DNA of 63,214 nt, the filler included, from Rhabdomonas costata (Eukaryota), in the NCBI GenBank assembly GCA_019059605.1. It is 47 parts of 47 records of this genome, joined end to end, with 100 filler letters (N's around TTAATTAATTAA, not from the genome) between each part and the next. Parts side by side here need not be neighbours in the genome. Positions count along the whole stretch, not along the records: positions 1 to 1,248 come from JAHMHO010021987.1; positions 1,349 to 2,596 come from JAHMHO010021988.1; positions 2,697 to 3,942 come from JAHMHO010021989.1; positions 4,043 to 5,288 come from JAHMHO010021990.1; positions 5,389 to 6,634 come from JAHMHO010021991.1; positions 6,735 to 7,981 come from JAHMHO010021992.1; positions 8,082 to 9,329 come from JAHMHO010021993.1; positions 9,430 to 10,677 come from JAHMHO010021994.1; 39 more parts are not named here. One strand, given 5' to 3'. Positions within the stretch are counted from its first letter, which is position 1. Every line of letters starts with the position of its first letter. The notes beneath the pieces are model-generated. The model made no database searches and was not told the origin of the DNA. It saw only the letters and a program-made list of their open reading frames with translations. This document shows, piece by piece, positions 1 to 12,700 of this stretch. Position numbers and translations under genes: made by a program.

Positions 1-1248
1 GTGGTGGGTGTGTTTGGTGGGTGGGGGTAAAAAAAAATAACAAAGCCCGGCACCACCAGCGCCAGGCTTGAGATCGTGCACCGCCATAAAACACCGTTTG
101 AACGTTTGAATCCCTGGGACCAAGCATCGCACTCCAACCCCAGGGGAGTGCATACATATCAGCATCAGGTAATCTCAGCAAGAGGCAATCCAGCAAGCAT
201 TCGGACAACACTCGGAACCGACACTGTTCCCCGAACCGACAGTGCCAAAGTACATGCAAAACACAAAAAGGAGTTGCCGGGCAGATCAAAAATGGGCAGA
301 AGCTGGCGCAACAGTTCGCGACTGCCGAACCACTGCCGCGTTCTACCATATCGGCGTCCATACCATTCCGTCCCAGAAAGCCACCCAGTAAGGCTCATCA
401 AGCAAGTGCTTATGATACCATATTCAAAACAGACACAATTAAACAGATGCAACACACAAAAGTGGTTGCTTGCTTCTCCGCTTCTGACCACCGAACCATT
501 CGGTCCTCCTCCCAAAGCATTAGGGCCCTCTTTTGCATGCGTAACAATGCAGTGCACAAACAACGCCATCCGAGGAAACAGACAGAATTGAAAAAAAGCG
601 CGACCCTCGAAATACACGAAAAAATCTATTCAATCCTCAAAAGCTGTGAAAGGCCATTGACCTTAAGCAAGCTCAGGTTCAACTACGTTCCTGCATGGAG
701 AATAGTGCCCACAGAAGTGGTTCACTGACTCGGCTGGAGTTCCACGCAGCGGCCGTTTTCGTACAGCACCGTGGAGCACCCACCACGGCTGTCTGTAAAC
801 ACTCCTCGGCCATCGGGGGCGTCATTGACCCATTCCCCTGTGGATGTGTGGAAGTGGGTGAATGAATCCACCACCTCAGCGGCGAAGCCCCAAGCAAAGG
901 CTCCTCATAATAGAGCGGCGGCGAATCCATTCGCAAAATTATTGTTGCCGCGAGTTTCGCCATTGCATCAGTGGGTTTAAAGGTTCCCTCTCTTCTCGGG
1001 CAAAAAGCTGCAGCCTTTCAAAGCACAATACAATGACCGTATCATGGTCTATCAGAGAACGCAGAGGAATTTCGTGGGCAGGAATAAACTGAAAACGCTG
1101 CCTGGCACTGGGGCCGTAACAGTGGGGAACAAGGATTTAGGTGGAAATACCGAAGCACGGGCTGAAAAGGTACGGCAAAACGGAACAGTGGACCACCCCT
1201 TTACATTCCACAACAACATGCTTTCACGCTAGAGCATCCCCAACCACC

Positions 1249-1348
1249 NNNNNNNNNNNNNNNNNNNNNNNNNNNNNNNNNNNNNNNNNNNNTTAATTAA
1301 TTAANNNNNNNNNNNNNNNNNNNNNNNNNNNNNNNNNNNNNNNNNNNN
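1249..1348. other. Artificial contig-joining spacer N44-TTAATTAATTAA-N44 (first of 46 copies, one every ~1347 bp)
   Basis: Identical 100-bp block between every contig; the 12-mer gives stop codons in all six frames. Confidence 0.99.
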
Positions 1349-1829
1349 TTTTGTGTGTTTTTTGGAGCTCCTGGACATCGCTTTGCCATGGTATAGATAT
1401 AAGGAACATGGTGTGGGACCCATGTCTTTTCATTGGCACGAAGTCCACCCTTGGAACGAAGTCATTCAGATGTCGGTCCGTGGCATCATCACCGACATGT
1501 TGGCTCAGATGACCTTTAACATTGACTTCGGGCTGAAACCAGCGGGACTACGAAGACGGCGCGAAATTGCCGAGCGGGACGCGGTGTACGCCACGCAGCC
1601 GCTGCGCGTGTGCACTGACTGCAGGAAGTGGTTTCTTCCCTTCTTCGCGTTTTCGCAACCGGAGTTGCAGTGCTTCAACCATAGCCCCACGTTAGAGGAA
1701 GCGCCCCGGGTTCTCCTGGAACGCCATCAAGTTGAGTGCCCGGGGCATTGCAGGAATGTGACGAAAGCAAAATCGGGCCATTATTTGGGGATATGCCCCT
1801 ACGAAAATCGGGCTGCAAAAGCTCCTTGA
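1349..1829 (+). CDS. Possible 3' part of a hypothetical protein (5'-truncated by the contig edge)
   Basis: Open for ~160 codons from the contig start to TGA, with protein-like composition; no family recognised. Confidence 0.4.
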
Positions 1830-2923
1830 ACGCGCCCTTTTCACATTTTGCAGAAGCCAGAGTGGCTGCAGTCCAACCTGCGCTCAGAACTTTTGTGGGG
1901 GTGTGGTTATGTGTCTGGTCACCAAACTTTCAAATCCTGTGGTTCGGTTTCACCTGATTTATGTTGGGAAGAACCAGAGAACCTCTTGTGCAGTTTGAGT
2001 TCAGATGAATGCGAAATAAATGCTGAGGTGATGGAGCTCACAGCAACCGTTCCTTTCTCTTTTTGTTTTGTCGCATTTGTGAAGTCTTCCCCTCTCCCCT
2101 GAGTGTGACCTCAACAGGGACCGCCCCCTCCGCCTAATTTTGGGGAGGATTCGGAGTGGTTGGTAGGGCTGGCATGGGAGGGGGGAACACGCCGCGAAAG
2201 AGATGCTTGATGGGAATACAGAAACGTTGTGGGGGGAAAACGACCCCTGTCACCTGTTTCAATTTTCTGACGGTCAACACCATTCTTCGAATGTCTGTGT
2301 GGAAAGGACTGAAGCCTGTGTTTGTTCTAGTCTTTCCGCGAGCGCGGTGCAGTTGGCAAATTGCTTGGGCTTGTCTCAACTCCGACGCAGGGACCGAGGG
2401 ACAAAGTCAACCTGTGTGGAATAGAACGGTAACCACTAACATCGGAGGACGGAAAAAGTTGAAAAAAGGATGGAAGCCTGATTGGGCCTGATTGCGCCGA
2501 AGGCGCACGGGCAGAGCCGGCATGGTGAGAGGACACACTCCACCAGACACCACAGAAACGAAGAAGCAGGAGAGGACCCAAGTTTACACAACCCACNNNN
2601 NNNNNNNNNNNNNNNNNNNNNNNNNNNNNNNNNNNNNNNNTTAATTAATTAANNNNNNNNNNNNNNNNNNNNNNNNNNNNNNNNNNNNNNNNNNNNGTTG
2701 GGGGGTGGGACGTGCAGGAAGCAGGAGGGTGTCCGGAGGTTTGTGATAGTCTGCCCGCTGAGAATAGGTTTTGGCGATGAAAAGGCATGGAGAAAACCCG
2801 CGGATCGTGAAGGGCGAGCAAAGGCACAGGGGAGCTGAAGACAATGGAAAGAACATCTGCACAGCGATACCGGCAGAATGTACTCCTGTTGTGAAGGGGT
2901 TGGTGTGCTTTGGCGATACTCAG

Positions 2924-3036
2924 GTGCGGTTCGTCCGGGTCCTCTTGGGCGGTCGGATCTCCCGCGGCCCCCACGTCTGTTGTTCAATGCTGAAGGCGAT
3001 ATCATCGCCGAGCTTTCTGAGGACGATATGTTTGGG
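2924..3036 (+). CDS. Possible exon, cyclic-nucleotide-binding-like
   Basis: CAG acceptor and GTAGGC donor; ends ...GDIIAELSEDDMFG, resembling the cNMP-domain 'IAELxxGDxFG(E)' strand. Confidence 0.3.
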
Positions 3037-4057
3037 GTAGGCCTGCCACTTTTGTTTGTTGAAACCTGCGAGGGGAAAGATATGCGGAAGACGTAGGCTC
3101 CACTTGTAATTCTTCGATCAAACCAAAAAGAAAACTTTGACACCCCTTTGATTCATTGACGACCCATTGATTCATTAGTTGTACCGATCCTTGGTTAATT
3201 CTTTGAAACTTGCAAACGCTATCGGAAGGCCTTGGGAGCTGGAGAGCCCTTGAGTTCCAAGTCGAAAGTCGAGGACGTTTTTTGTGTTTTGGGTGAACCG
3301 CGTGCGGGGGAAGGCCAGTGTTGGGGGCGGGTCTCTGAGCGGATATCTGCATTGTCTTCACTCTCTGCCTCTGCTGAGAACCATTTAAAACTGACTCTTC
3401 CCACTGCTGCATAACCACAGCGTCGTGGGACCCTTGGCGGACACTTTTCTTGGATGATTTTACAGCTCATATTTCCCCCCTTTTTCCATACGTTTGGACA
3501 CTATTGGAATCTGGAGTGTTTTTCTTTAGATAAAGGGGTGCACTATGCTGCAAACCGTTGGTGAGGAGTCATTTATCTGGGAAGAATGCACAGGGAAACC
3601 TCGTCTGCTCAAAAACTGGCCGGCGTCCCTATGTCGTCAGAACTGTCGCGTTGCCTGCGGTGGCTCGGGACACAATCACGCTTGGCCGCAATGGTTCCCT
3701 TTTCTTGGTCTTTCCCGGGGGTGCAGCTTGGACAGCCCTCGCCTTCAACAATTACGCGTGGCCATCAACCATTCCTTTCCCGCCAGAATCAATCTGTGGC
3801 TTCAGCTATTGTCCGAACCGAGTTATCCGGGCAAGGTCTACCCCGACTTCCTCGCAGGGGTGTACATACGAAACATGAAAACAAAGGAGTTCACCTTCAG
3901 CGAAACTATACGGCGCGAGGCAGGGTTCTAGGGAAGTTGGGGNNNNNNNNNNNNNNNNNNNNNNNNNNNNNNNNNNNNNNNNNNNNTTAATTAATTAANN
4001 NNNNNNNNNNNNNNNNNNNNNNNNNNNNNNNNNNNNNNNNNNGGGGTGGGGGGGGCT

Positions 4058-5254
4058 TCACTTGGAGTACTTCTTGATCTTATCCAGGACGCGGTCCGCA
4101 CTGGCACCCTCTACCCGGGCGTCGTCCTCAGACTGCCCCACGGGCTTGCCTTCCTTGAAGAACAAGAACGATGGCATGCAGGTCACGCCGAGCTTCTCAG
4201 CCACATCACCCAGCTCGTCGACGTCAACCTGAAGAAGACGAAGACGCACAACGGCTAGAACAACATCGGCACCACCATCCTCCGTAAACGATACCTCACA
4301 ATGCAAGCATTGGGTAGATCATCAGTCAGTGTGTGATTCTGTTAAAGTTATTAAAACTTTAAAACAAAATTAAAGTTAACACTGGGGTCATGTCTTTTTT
4401 GCACTCCCCCCTTCGAGACAGGTTTTGTTTGATTGGGGGGTGGCTCTCTTAACTGTTTCTTTTTGGCAAATGTCCCTTGCAACCACGAGGGGCGATGCAA
4501 ATGTCCCCCTGGGATTCCAATAAAAGCCTGACAAAGGGTTAGGTGACGATTTTCCTGTCACCAGGGATTCCTGGGACGCTGTTGCAGGTGGTTTGAATGC
4601 TGGTGCAGGGATTCCATTTGAAGCTTTTGCAAGGGGCTACGCCTTTGGGCCTCGAAGCGCGACAGAGCGGCCCAATATCCCACGTGCTTTTATAAATTCG
4701 GCACAAATCCCGTTTCCAGAGTGGGGGGGGGGGGTCGCAAAAAAGACAATCGCCTAAGACTGTGATTCAAGCACCTGTAGTGGTGGCAACTGTTTCATCG
4801 GTATGAAACCCGACTCACCGAACAGCAAGCGAATCTGCAATGGCAAGGTCGCATCCAACCCATGTCTCTAAGTGACCTGTACAAATCTGAACAACATCAG
4901 GAAAACGAAGGGTACACGAGAAGAGGATTATGAGCAAGGAACCCACGGACACCGCACCACTCCACCAGACCTAGGCAAGAATTAGAAACGAGATAAAAAA
5001 AAATCATAAATTCACATGTTTCAGAAAGCCAACTGTGTACACAGACCCAAGGATTACCACATAAGACATCTGCCGCGCCGAAAAACGGCTCACCTTCAGA
5101 AATTGCACGTCCTTATACTCCTTGGCAAAGCCGTCGATCTTAGGCGCCACCATCTTGCACGGCCCGCACCACGTCGCGAAGAAGTCCACCACGGTCAGGC
5201 ATGGCTTCTGGATCGCCGCCTCGAATTCCTCCTTCGTCTTGACGTGCGCGACCC
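4058..5254 (-). CDS. TRX: Thioredoxin (2 exons; start codon not in the contig)
   Basis: Exon 5254-5094 contains [21 protein letters not shown] intron 5093-4229; exon 4228-4058 reads VDVDE...[12 protein letters not shown] to TGA. Confidence 0.95.
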
Positions 5255-7339
5255 CTTCCGGGTGGGAAGGTGTCGCACCACCAAACCCNNNNNNNNNNNN
5301 NNNNNNNNNNNNNNNNNNNNNNNNNNNNNNNNTTAATTAATTAANNNNNNNNNNNNNNNNNNNNNNNNNNNNNNNNNNNNNNNNNNNNTGTTGTTTGGAA
5401 AGCGGTCCTTTATTGTGGCGAAATGTCCTCCGTGCAGGCCTGTGCGGTGAGCTCGGAGGGCTATGGCCACTGGGAAGAGATTGGAGCGAAGCTCCGCCAG
5501 GTGCTCGCATGTTTGTTGCTCCCCGTGTGTACGCGATCGCTAACTGATCCCTCCAATAGGTCCCTTTGCCGCCTCATACACTGGAGGACACACGCTCTCA
5601 GAAAGCTGTGCGCGAGTGTCAAGGGAGCGTCACAGACATCTGTCACAGACATTCTCTCTGAGTCTGGATCCGCGCGGTGGAACGTTTGAGTCTTGTTATG
5701 CGGGGGGGGGGTGTTTCCTTTTGGCAGCTCAAATCCAGCATCTTTAGCTGGGAGGGCGGTTGCCTCCGAAAGGGTGGAACCACAACAGTTGGCTCGTAAC
5801 TACCGTCAGCACGCGCAGCAGCCCCACCGTAACCCACCGCAAGGGAACCACTGAGCACCCCGCGCCGCTCTGAGACGGCGTCCCCGAGACCCTGGCGGTT
5901 TCAAACCACCGCCGGTCAGACGAAGAGCGGCGCAGCGAAGGGAGGCACACGATGGAGAAAACTTCGTAGGGCGCGGCTTTCCGGATGGAAGCGTGTGGTG
6001 CACCGTCCATGGCCCGGTCAAGACAGGGACCTGACGGGAGCCGGAAGACCGGATGGAGTGCCGAGTGGGAGCAATTTTGGGTTGATGGCATCATTACTGA
6101 GACCAGTCGATGGACGCTTTTGGGCTGCGTGCTTTAGACTTATGCCTCGTTTCGGTCCCAAAAAAAATCACCATTAAATGTCGAAATCGGGGTCTCTTTT
6201 CTTTGTCGTTTTAGACGTTGCCACATTTGTGGCCTTATTACCTGCCTGCTCTAGGGCTCTTTGCCCGAGAGCCCCCAACTACCCGAAAAGAATGCTCAAA
6301 AATAGCCGAAATTAGAGAAAATTAGATAAAATAGGCTTAAATAGCATCCTTGTTTTCAATTTCGCCCCTACATCCCTCGAAAGTCAATGTTGAGATAGGT
6401 CTATGGTGTGTTTGTGTGTGTGTGCTCTTCCAAACGTTGACACAAGAGGGTAAGAGGGACAAAGCAGATTTTGCTTTTTTTAGGATCCTTTTTATTTTGG
6501 TTTTGTCACTTGCGTTCTCACTCTTGCCAAATGTTTAAGGCTTTTTTGTGATTATTTTATGTATGGTTGAGCTTATCGATCGGGTTGGAGGATTCTGTTT
6601 GCTGAATCCTGCAGTTTTGTGCCCCCAACCCCCCNNNNNNNNNNNNNNNNNNNNNNNNNNNNNNNNNNNNNNNNNNNNTTAATTAATTAANNNNNNNNNN
6701 NNNNNNNNNNNNNNNNNNNNNNNNNNNNNNNNNNGGGTTGGTGGGAGAATCTCTCCGTCTATCTGTGGGACATGGGCCCGGTTCTGCCACTTTCCCCATT
6801 GCTTTCATAGGGGTCATTGCTGGACGCCCTACATATGGTTGCTAGACCCCCGTCTTTCCCACTTCAGACTTCTAAGTGCAAGGATGGGGCAGAAGGGCAA
6901 CGAAGGAGGGCAAATCCAGCACATCTCAAGCGCCAACTTATTACAATCCAGAGAGAAGCCGAAGGAGAAGGGCATAGCTCTACTTAACGCCCCCCCCTCC
7001 GGGAATGCCATATGAAAGCATTGAAAGAGCAGAGCCACAGGAGCAAAACAGGCAGCTTTCGGAGCAAATCTGCGACAAAAGCCACTGAAGAACGGAAAAC
7101 CTGTCAAACAGAGGCCGCGAATACAGACACGTGCATCGCCACCTAACTCCCTGGAACTCGTCTGTTGGAATCCCAGGGGACAGGTTGCATCGCTCACCAA
7201 CCCCGTTAAAGTTTACCGTGTGCTTTGAAGAACGAGCCGCGATACATTCGACTGCCGGGGGGCGGGGGAGTGCGCTAATTATGGGGCAGGGGAGGGTGCC
7301 CCAGTAGTGCGAGGAAAAGCCTCTGCGTCACACCTGGTA

Positions 7340-7585
7340 CTACGCCTCGACCACCAGCCAGGGCATCCGCAGGCACTCTTCCGCAGAGGGCCGAAGCGCC
7401 CGCTCAGGGCGCAGTAGGGCGCCAAGGAACTCCTTAGCCTTGGCACTGGCCTGCTCGGCCTTAGAGCTGGAAAACTTCACCCCCTCCAGGATCTGGCAGG
7501 CCTGCTTCTTCGGGTCACAGGAGGGGAAAGGAAATCGGGCCGTGAGCATTACGTACGTGATGACACCGATGGAGAAGATGTCAAT
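7340..7585 (-). CDS. Ser/Thr protein kinase (CAMK-like), last exon
   Basis: After a CAG acceptor: IDIFSIGVITYVMLTARFPF (subdomain IX) ... RPSAEECLRMPWL (subdomain XI), then stop. Confidence 0.88.
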   Translation of the reverse strand: MDIFSIGVITYVMLTARFPFPSCDPKKQACQILEGVKFSSSKAEQASAKAKEFLGALLRPERALRPSAEECLRMPWLVVEA

Positions 7586-8338
7586 CTGGAGAACAGATAA
7601 AAAACAATAAAAGGCATATCCGTCGGTAAGAATGTTATTCGGTATAGCTAACCCCATTTTGCTACAATCAATTCATTTAGTTATCAGAGTACACCTAACC
7701 CCCGTGCTCCGAAAATGATATCGCCAAAAAAGTGACCATTTTGGGTTGTGCGTTGGGGGCCCATCCCACCCCACTCCTACCCTGGACCCTTATTCGTCTG
7801 GGAACCAGTCCTCATGCAGGTCGGGAACACTATTGGATGGCAAGAGCTCCACGTTTTGGAGCCGTCACGGCTGCAAGTTCGAAACAAAGAAACCTTTTGG
7901 GGCCCAACAAGCTGAAGGGGGAGGAGGAGCTTCTCGATTGCAGCGCGCGTTCTGACCACCCAGTTTAAAAAAAAAACACCTNNNNNNNNNNNNNNNNNNN
8001 NNNNNNNNNNNNNNNNNNNNNNNNNTTAATTAATTAANNNNNNNNNNNNNNNNNNNNNNNNNNNNNNNNNNNNNNNNNNNNGGGTGAGGTGCAGGGGACG
8101 TTAAAAGCCTGACGAAAGCCTGTCAAAAGCTTCACGAAACAGCCATTTAACGTCCCCTGCACCTCATCCCCTAATGAAAAATGGTTTGTTTTCAAATAAT
8201 TCTCCCGCACTTTGGGTTTTGCTTGTTTGCTGGTTCTACACTGAACATAAACCCCATATCTACACTTGCCAAAGGGCTTGTGAGATACGAGTACTATATA
8301 CGATGTACCCTCCCAACCAACTACAACGGCTCTCGCAC

Positions 8339-9057
8339 CTGCAAGCCAAAGGTAAGGTGATGTTCTTCACGAGGTACCGCATGGAGATCGTGACGGGCTC
8401 CCTCAGCCCGGACACGGAGAGCAGTGTCCCGTCGAGCTGCCGCAGCTGAGAGGGAGTAAAGACAAACAGAGGTGACGTGGAGTGTTGAGGCAGATGCTCC
8501 AGCGTTGGCCATTCCAGCTGAAACTCCAGAGAAAAGTACTTTAAAGCAGGTGCTGCCGCCACAACACTTCAACCCTTGGAAATAATTACAGAGGAAGGAG
8601 GGGGGGTCATCCGGCCGAAGGCCTTTCTTGTGGGCAGGGCGGCTTCAAATGTGCGCAAGGAGCCGAGCAGTCGTTTCAAGGATTACGTTTTCGGTTCTCA
8701 GCTGCGTTCATCTGCCTTCTATGAAGGGAGTTCGGAACGCGCAGAGGTGTACGAGGTGCTACAGGCGAGCACTGCTACCTGTCAACAACCAAACCAAAAG
8801 CACAGCTAACTGTCAACGAGGCTCTCAAATCTGCCACTGTACAAACCCATTGATCACCTTCTTTCCTTTTCATCGAGTGAATAACTTTTCCGGGGTTGGG
8901 GAGGGGTGCATTTGCGGGGACGAGCCTCAATGGTGTTCATGGGAGTGGCGAACATCACAGTCCAGGGATTGGGGGTGACGTCCCAGCGCTGCAGGTATAC
9001 ATCCACGGTCTGCGTCGATGTGAGAACCCCCGTCAGGACAGAACGGGGCACAAGAGC
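8339..9057 (-). CDS. Polycystin/REJ-GAIN(GPS)-like protein, 2 internal exons
   Basis: Exons 9057-8926 and 8445-8339 join in phase 0 as VYLQRWDVTPNPW...NTIE|LRQLDGTLLSVSGLREPVTISM...LAC, similar to the pre-GPS region of PKD1/REJ-like proteins. The intron would be GC-AG. Confidence 0.55.
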
Positions 9058-9590
9058 CTGTGCGAAACCCGCCAACAGAAGCAGAGGGAAGGAGAGGAAG
9101 GGAGGACAGAGGAAGGAGGGGGAATAGGACCCACGAAAAGATTGAACCAAAAAACTGACTGCACGCTTTGCGTGAGACAAACGTCCAAACACCACAGAAC
9201 AAGAAATTTCCGAGGAGAAAAGACCTTGCTGCGTTTCTCCCACAGACACACGCATGGAGCGCCCTGTGCTCCACAACCCTCAGCACCACCAAATCTTCTC
9301 GGAAATCTTCTCTGGCACCCCCCCACAACNNNNNNNNNNNNNNNNNNNNNNNNNNNNNNNNNNNNNNNNNNNNTTAATTAATTAANNNNNNNNNNNNNNN
9401 NNNNNNNNNNNNNNNNNNNNNNNNNNNNNGTGTGGGTATGATGATCCTAGGTGTATTTCTGATATTGGCTCTAAGACGCTCTTGAGGGTTTCATTTCTGT
9501 GGGTGCGCGGGTGTGTGTGGGTGGGTGTACGCGCTCTTCGGGCTCTTCCGTCCCCCCGGCCTGAGCTTCTTTCTGCTGCATTGGGCTCAG

Positions 9591-9764
9591 GAGATGCACC
9601 AGTTCTTCGACGGCGACCTCAAGCCCTGGGTGCATTACATCCCTGTGATGCTGAAGGACCTCGACAAGGAGCTCCCTCGGGTGGTCCGGTGGGCCCGCGC
9701 CAACGACTCAATGGCGCAGAAGATCGCCCTTACCAGTGCGGCGTACGTCAAGGAGCACCTCAAG
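9591..9764 (+). CDS. Glycosyltransferase family 90 (CAP10/KDELC/Rumi-like) exon
   Basis: CAG/GT-bounded 174-nt exon: FFDGDLKPWVHYIPV...DL...VRWARANDSMAQKIA, the typical GT90 C-terminal motif. Confidence 0.85.
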
Positions 9765-12700
9765 GTTCTCACCTCACTCCACGCCCCACCCTTCATCTAT
9801 CCATCTATACATCATTCATTTCAGGCACCACACACACTGAGCTGGGTGTGAAGGGAGAACACTGGTACTGATACTGTCAGGCACTGAGGTCGGCTTGACT
9901 CCATTTCACGGTCTAACACGCTGGTCTCGATTGGGTGTTAGTATGAAGGCAATTCTGACCCCACCCCAGCCAGGTCTTCCTCTGTGAAACAAGGGGGTTG
10001 GGGACGTAATTGACTGGAGAAGACTTAAATGAAGACTGAGAAAGGTTTATCTCTCTCTCGAACACGGGGCATTCTTCTGTCGCCCCTTTCCATGGCTCCT
10101 TGGTAACTGCACTGCTTTTCGCCTCGTTTGTTTTGAACGTCATGCCCCTCGTTCGGGTGTTGTTTCTTCTTCCGGCACTCGGGCTGCTGTAGGGTGATCC
10201 CCCCCAGGACCCCTCGCTGTCGTTTAGGCTCTCTCTTGCTTGGAGGCGTGCCACATATACACAATATGCTATAGCGGTCGTTACTCAAAGAACGCCGTCG
10301 TCTTCGTCGTCGATGTGGTGGGAGTGCACAAACATTGCGTATTGCTCCCTGTCCGAGAATTGCATCAAGCCGACAGGATGAGGTCCTGAAGATTTGTTGC
10401 CAGGAATGTACAACAGGTGCATCTGCCACTCACAACAGGGTACTATTTTTCTCGCTGAGCGGCCGAAACAACCAGAGGATTCGTGCACGTGACTGTGACC
10501 ACACACACACACACACACACACTTTTTCTAAGTTGTAATGGCAAGGCGACCAATCCGAGGAAAAAGTATTAGCGCGGCCTAAACAGTTCAACGCACCCGT
10601 ACTCTCATTGTTGGGTGGTGTCAAGTGCCAAGTGTCAACCTCTCCACCTCTTCCAGCGATCCGCGCACACCCCAACCNNNNNNNNNNNNNNNNNNNNNNN
10701 NNNNNNNNNNNNNNNNNNNNNTTAATTAATTAANNNNNNNNNNNNNNNNNNNNNNNNNNNNNNNNNNNNNNNNNNNNTGTTTGCTGGTCTTGTGTGTGTG
10801 GGGGGGTGCTTCCACAATCCGTTCCATGGGGCATAGAATGAGGTAGTCGAGGACAAAAAAAGTTGACCTCACCAAGGCTTGCCACATTTCTTGTACTTGA
10901 CCCTAGTATCGCGGATTTAGTTATTGCCACCAACCCACTTCTTCATCGAACGCCTCTGCCCCGCAACAACAGGAGAACCCTTTTCCTAGAAACAGGGATC
11001 ATCAGGTGAAATGTGTTTATGTGGTTGATTGCAAATCAGGTGCAAACCAGGTGTTATTGAACCAGAAACCGTGCTCCTCCACGAAAGTTTTGTGTTGAAC
11101 CGAAAGGGACCTTTCTCGTGTCGGCTGCCAAATCTTTTAGCAGCTCTCTTCCAATCCAAACCACGATATGACGGCATTAGCCCGATCCCCCAGCAGATAA
11201 TAAAAGTTCATTCTTCCTCCAGCTTCCTCTCATGGTATTACTGAGTGTAATATCCTTCATCTCCAAGAATATGTGCCTTGAATTCACCCGAATCTGGAAA
11301 CATCCACGCCCTGTGTACTAGGCTAGGAAAGGACGCACACCACCCTCCATGTCCACTCATCTCAGTAGCTGATTGCACGTTTGACCCAGTTTTGTGGATC
11401 GCTCTTCTTTTCCTTTTTTGTTCAAAGAAAAAGGAAAAGAAGAGCAACAGAAATCAATTGCACAGAGAGCATTCGTGCTTCTTAAAAAGATGTATTGATC
11501 CCCCCTAGGACAGGGGGGAGGGGGGTGTGACAATATTCGCACCAGCTCATGGAATTAAGGACGTCAATAATTGGAAGGTGGGTGCGATGGTGGGTTACTA
11601 ATGGGTGACCATTAACGCGGTTCTGTGAAATTGGGACGACTGTGTCCGCAGGCGCTGGCAGAGTCCGTCATCAACATCCCAATCATGTCATCTATTCCAG
11701 TCCGACGATAAACGACGCTTCTGTTCTGACTTTGTGCTTGCATTGCAACAGCAGAAAAGAAGCCGCTCCATGGAACCAACCCCCAGCGTTGTCGTCGCAG
11801 GAAAGCCAGAAGTACTAAACTCACGATAAGGGTTCTAACTTTCGCTAAAGCGAAGTCGGTACCACTTTGCTGCAATGTTTTGCAAAACTTTCTGCGAAGA
11901 ATCTATACGTGAACCCACACGTCAAGAAGAATAAAATCAGCTGAACACAAACATCGCCAGATCGTGCTTCAACTCTCCACCCCCCATAGCATAAAAACCG
12001 GTAACCCCTTCTAGCACGCAACCCTNNNNNNNNNNNNNNNNNNNNNNNNNNNNNNNNNNNNNNNNNNNNTTAATTAATTAANNNNNNNNNNNNNNNNNNN
12101 NNNNNNNNNNNNNNNNNNNNNNNNNTGTGTGTGGTGAGGGTGAGATTGAGGGTGAGTGTACCGGGTTTGTTGCAAAGGTGCGGGTCAGGTGTGGTTGTTG
12201 AGGATCATGATGGGTATTTCGAACGTGGAGGTGGAGGTGGTGGTGAGGTGAGCGTGTGTGTTTTCGCGTGGGTGCATGACTTCCATCTGGATGTTTAAGC
12301 TGATATCACCGACTCCTACTCAAAGCAGATGTAACAACGTACGCAGTGAGCAATGACAGATGAAGGTAAACAACGATCTCTACGTGAGTTGGAACGAGCA
12401 GGTCAGGAAGAACAGACCGCCTTACATGAGAATCGACAGGAATGCCGGGATGAACAGGCCACCGGATCCGCTTCGACTGCAACGCTTTATGAACGCACTG
12501 CCTCAACATACTTTACGAATGCGATAAGCAATTAAATGCGACTAATTTGGACGGGACCATGGTGTCAGTTGAACTGTTTCATGTGATTCATGCGCTTAGT
12601 TGGGACGATCCCATGGTAGCAGTAACAAACGATAGAGCCAGTGCTTCGATGGCTATAACCTACCACTGCACAACTACCACATGCGGAGTACCACGATGTG

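Noticed and set aside
76..1232. Many short overlapping ORFs in the track, here and throughout
   Set aside because: No motifs or consistent splice structure; expected by chance, and many use GTG/TTG starts or run into Ns.
8085..8166. 21-bp perfect inverted repeat (8085-8105 / 8146-8166)
   Set aside because: It starts at the contig edge next to the G/T primer-like run, consistent with a fold-back amplification chimera.
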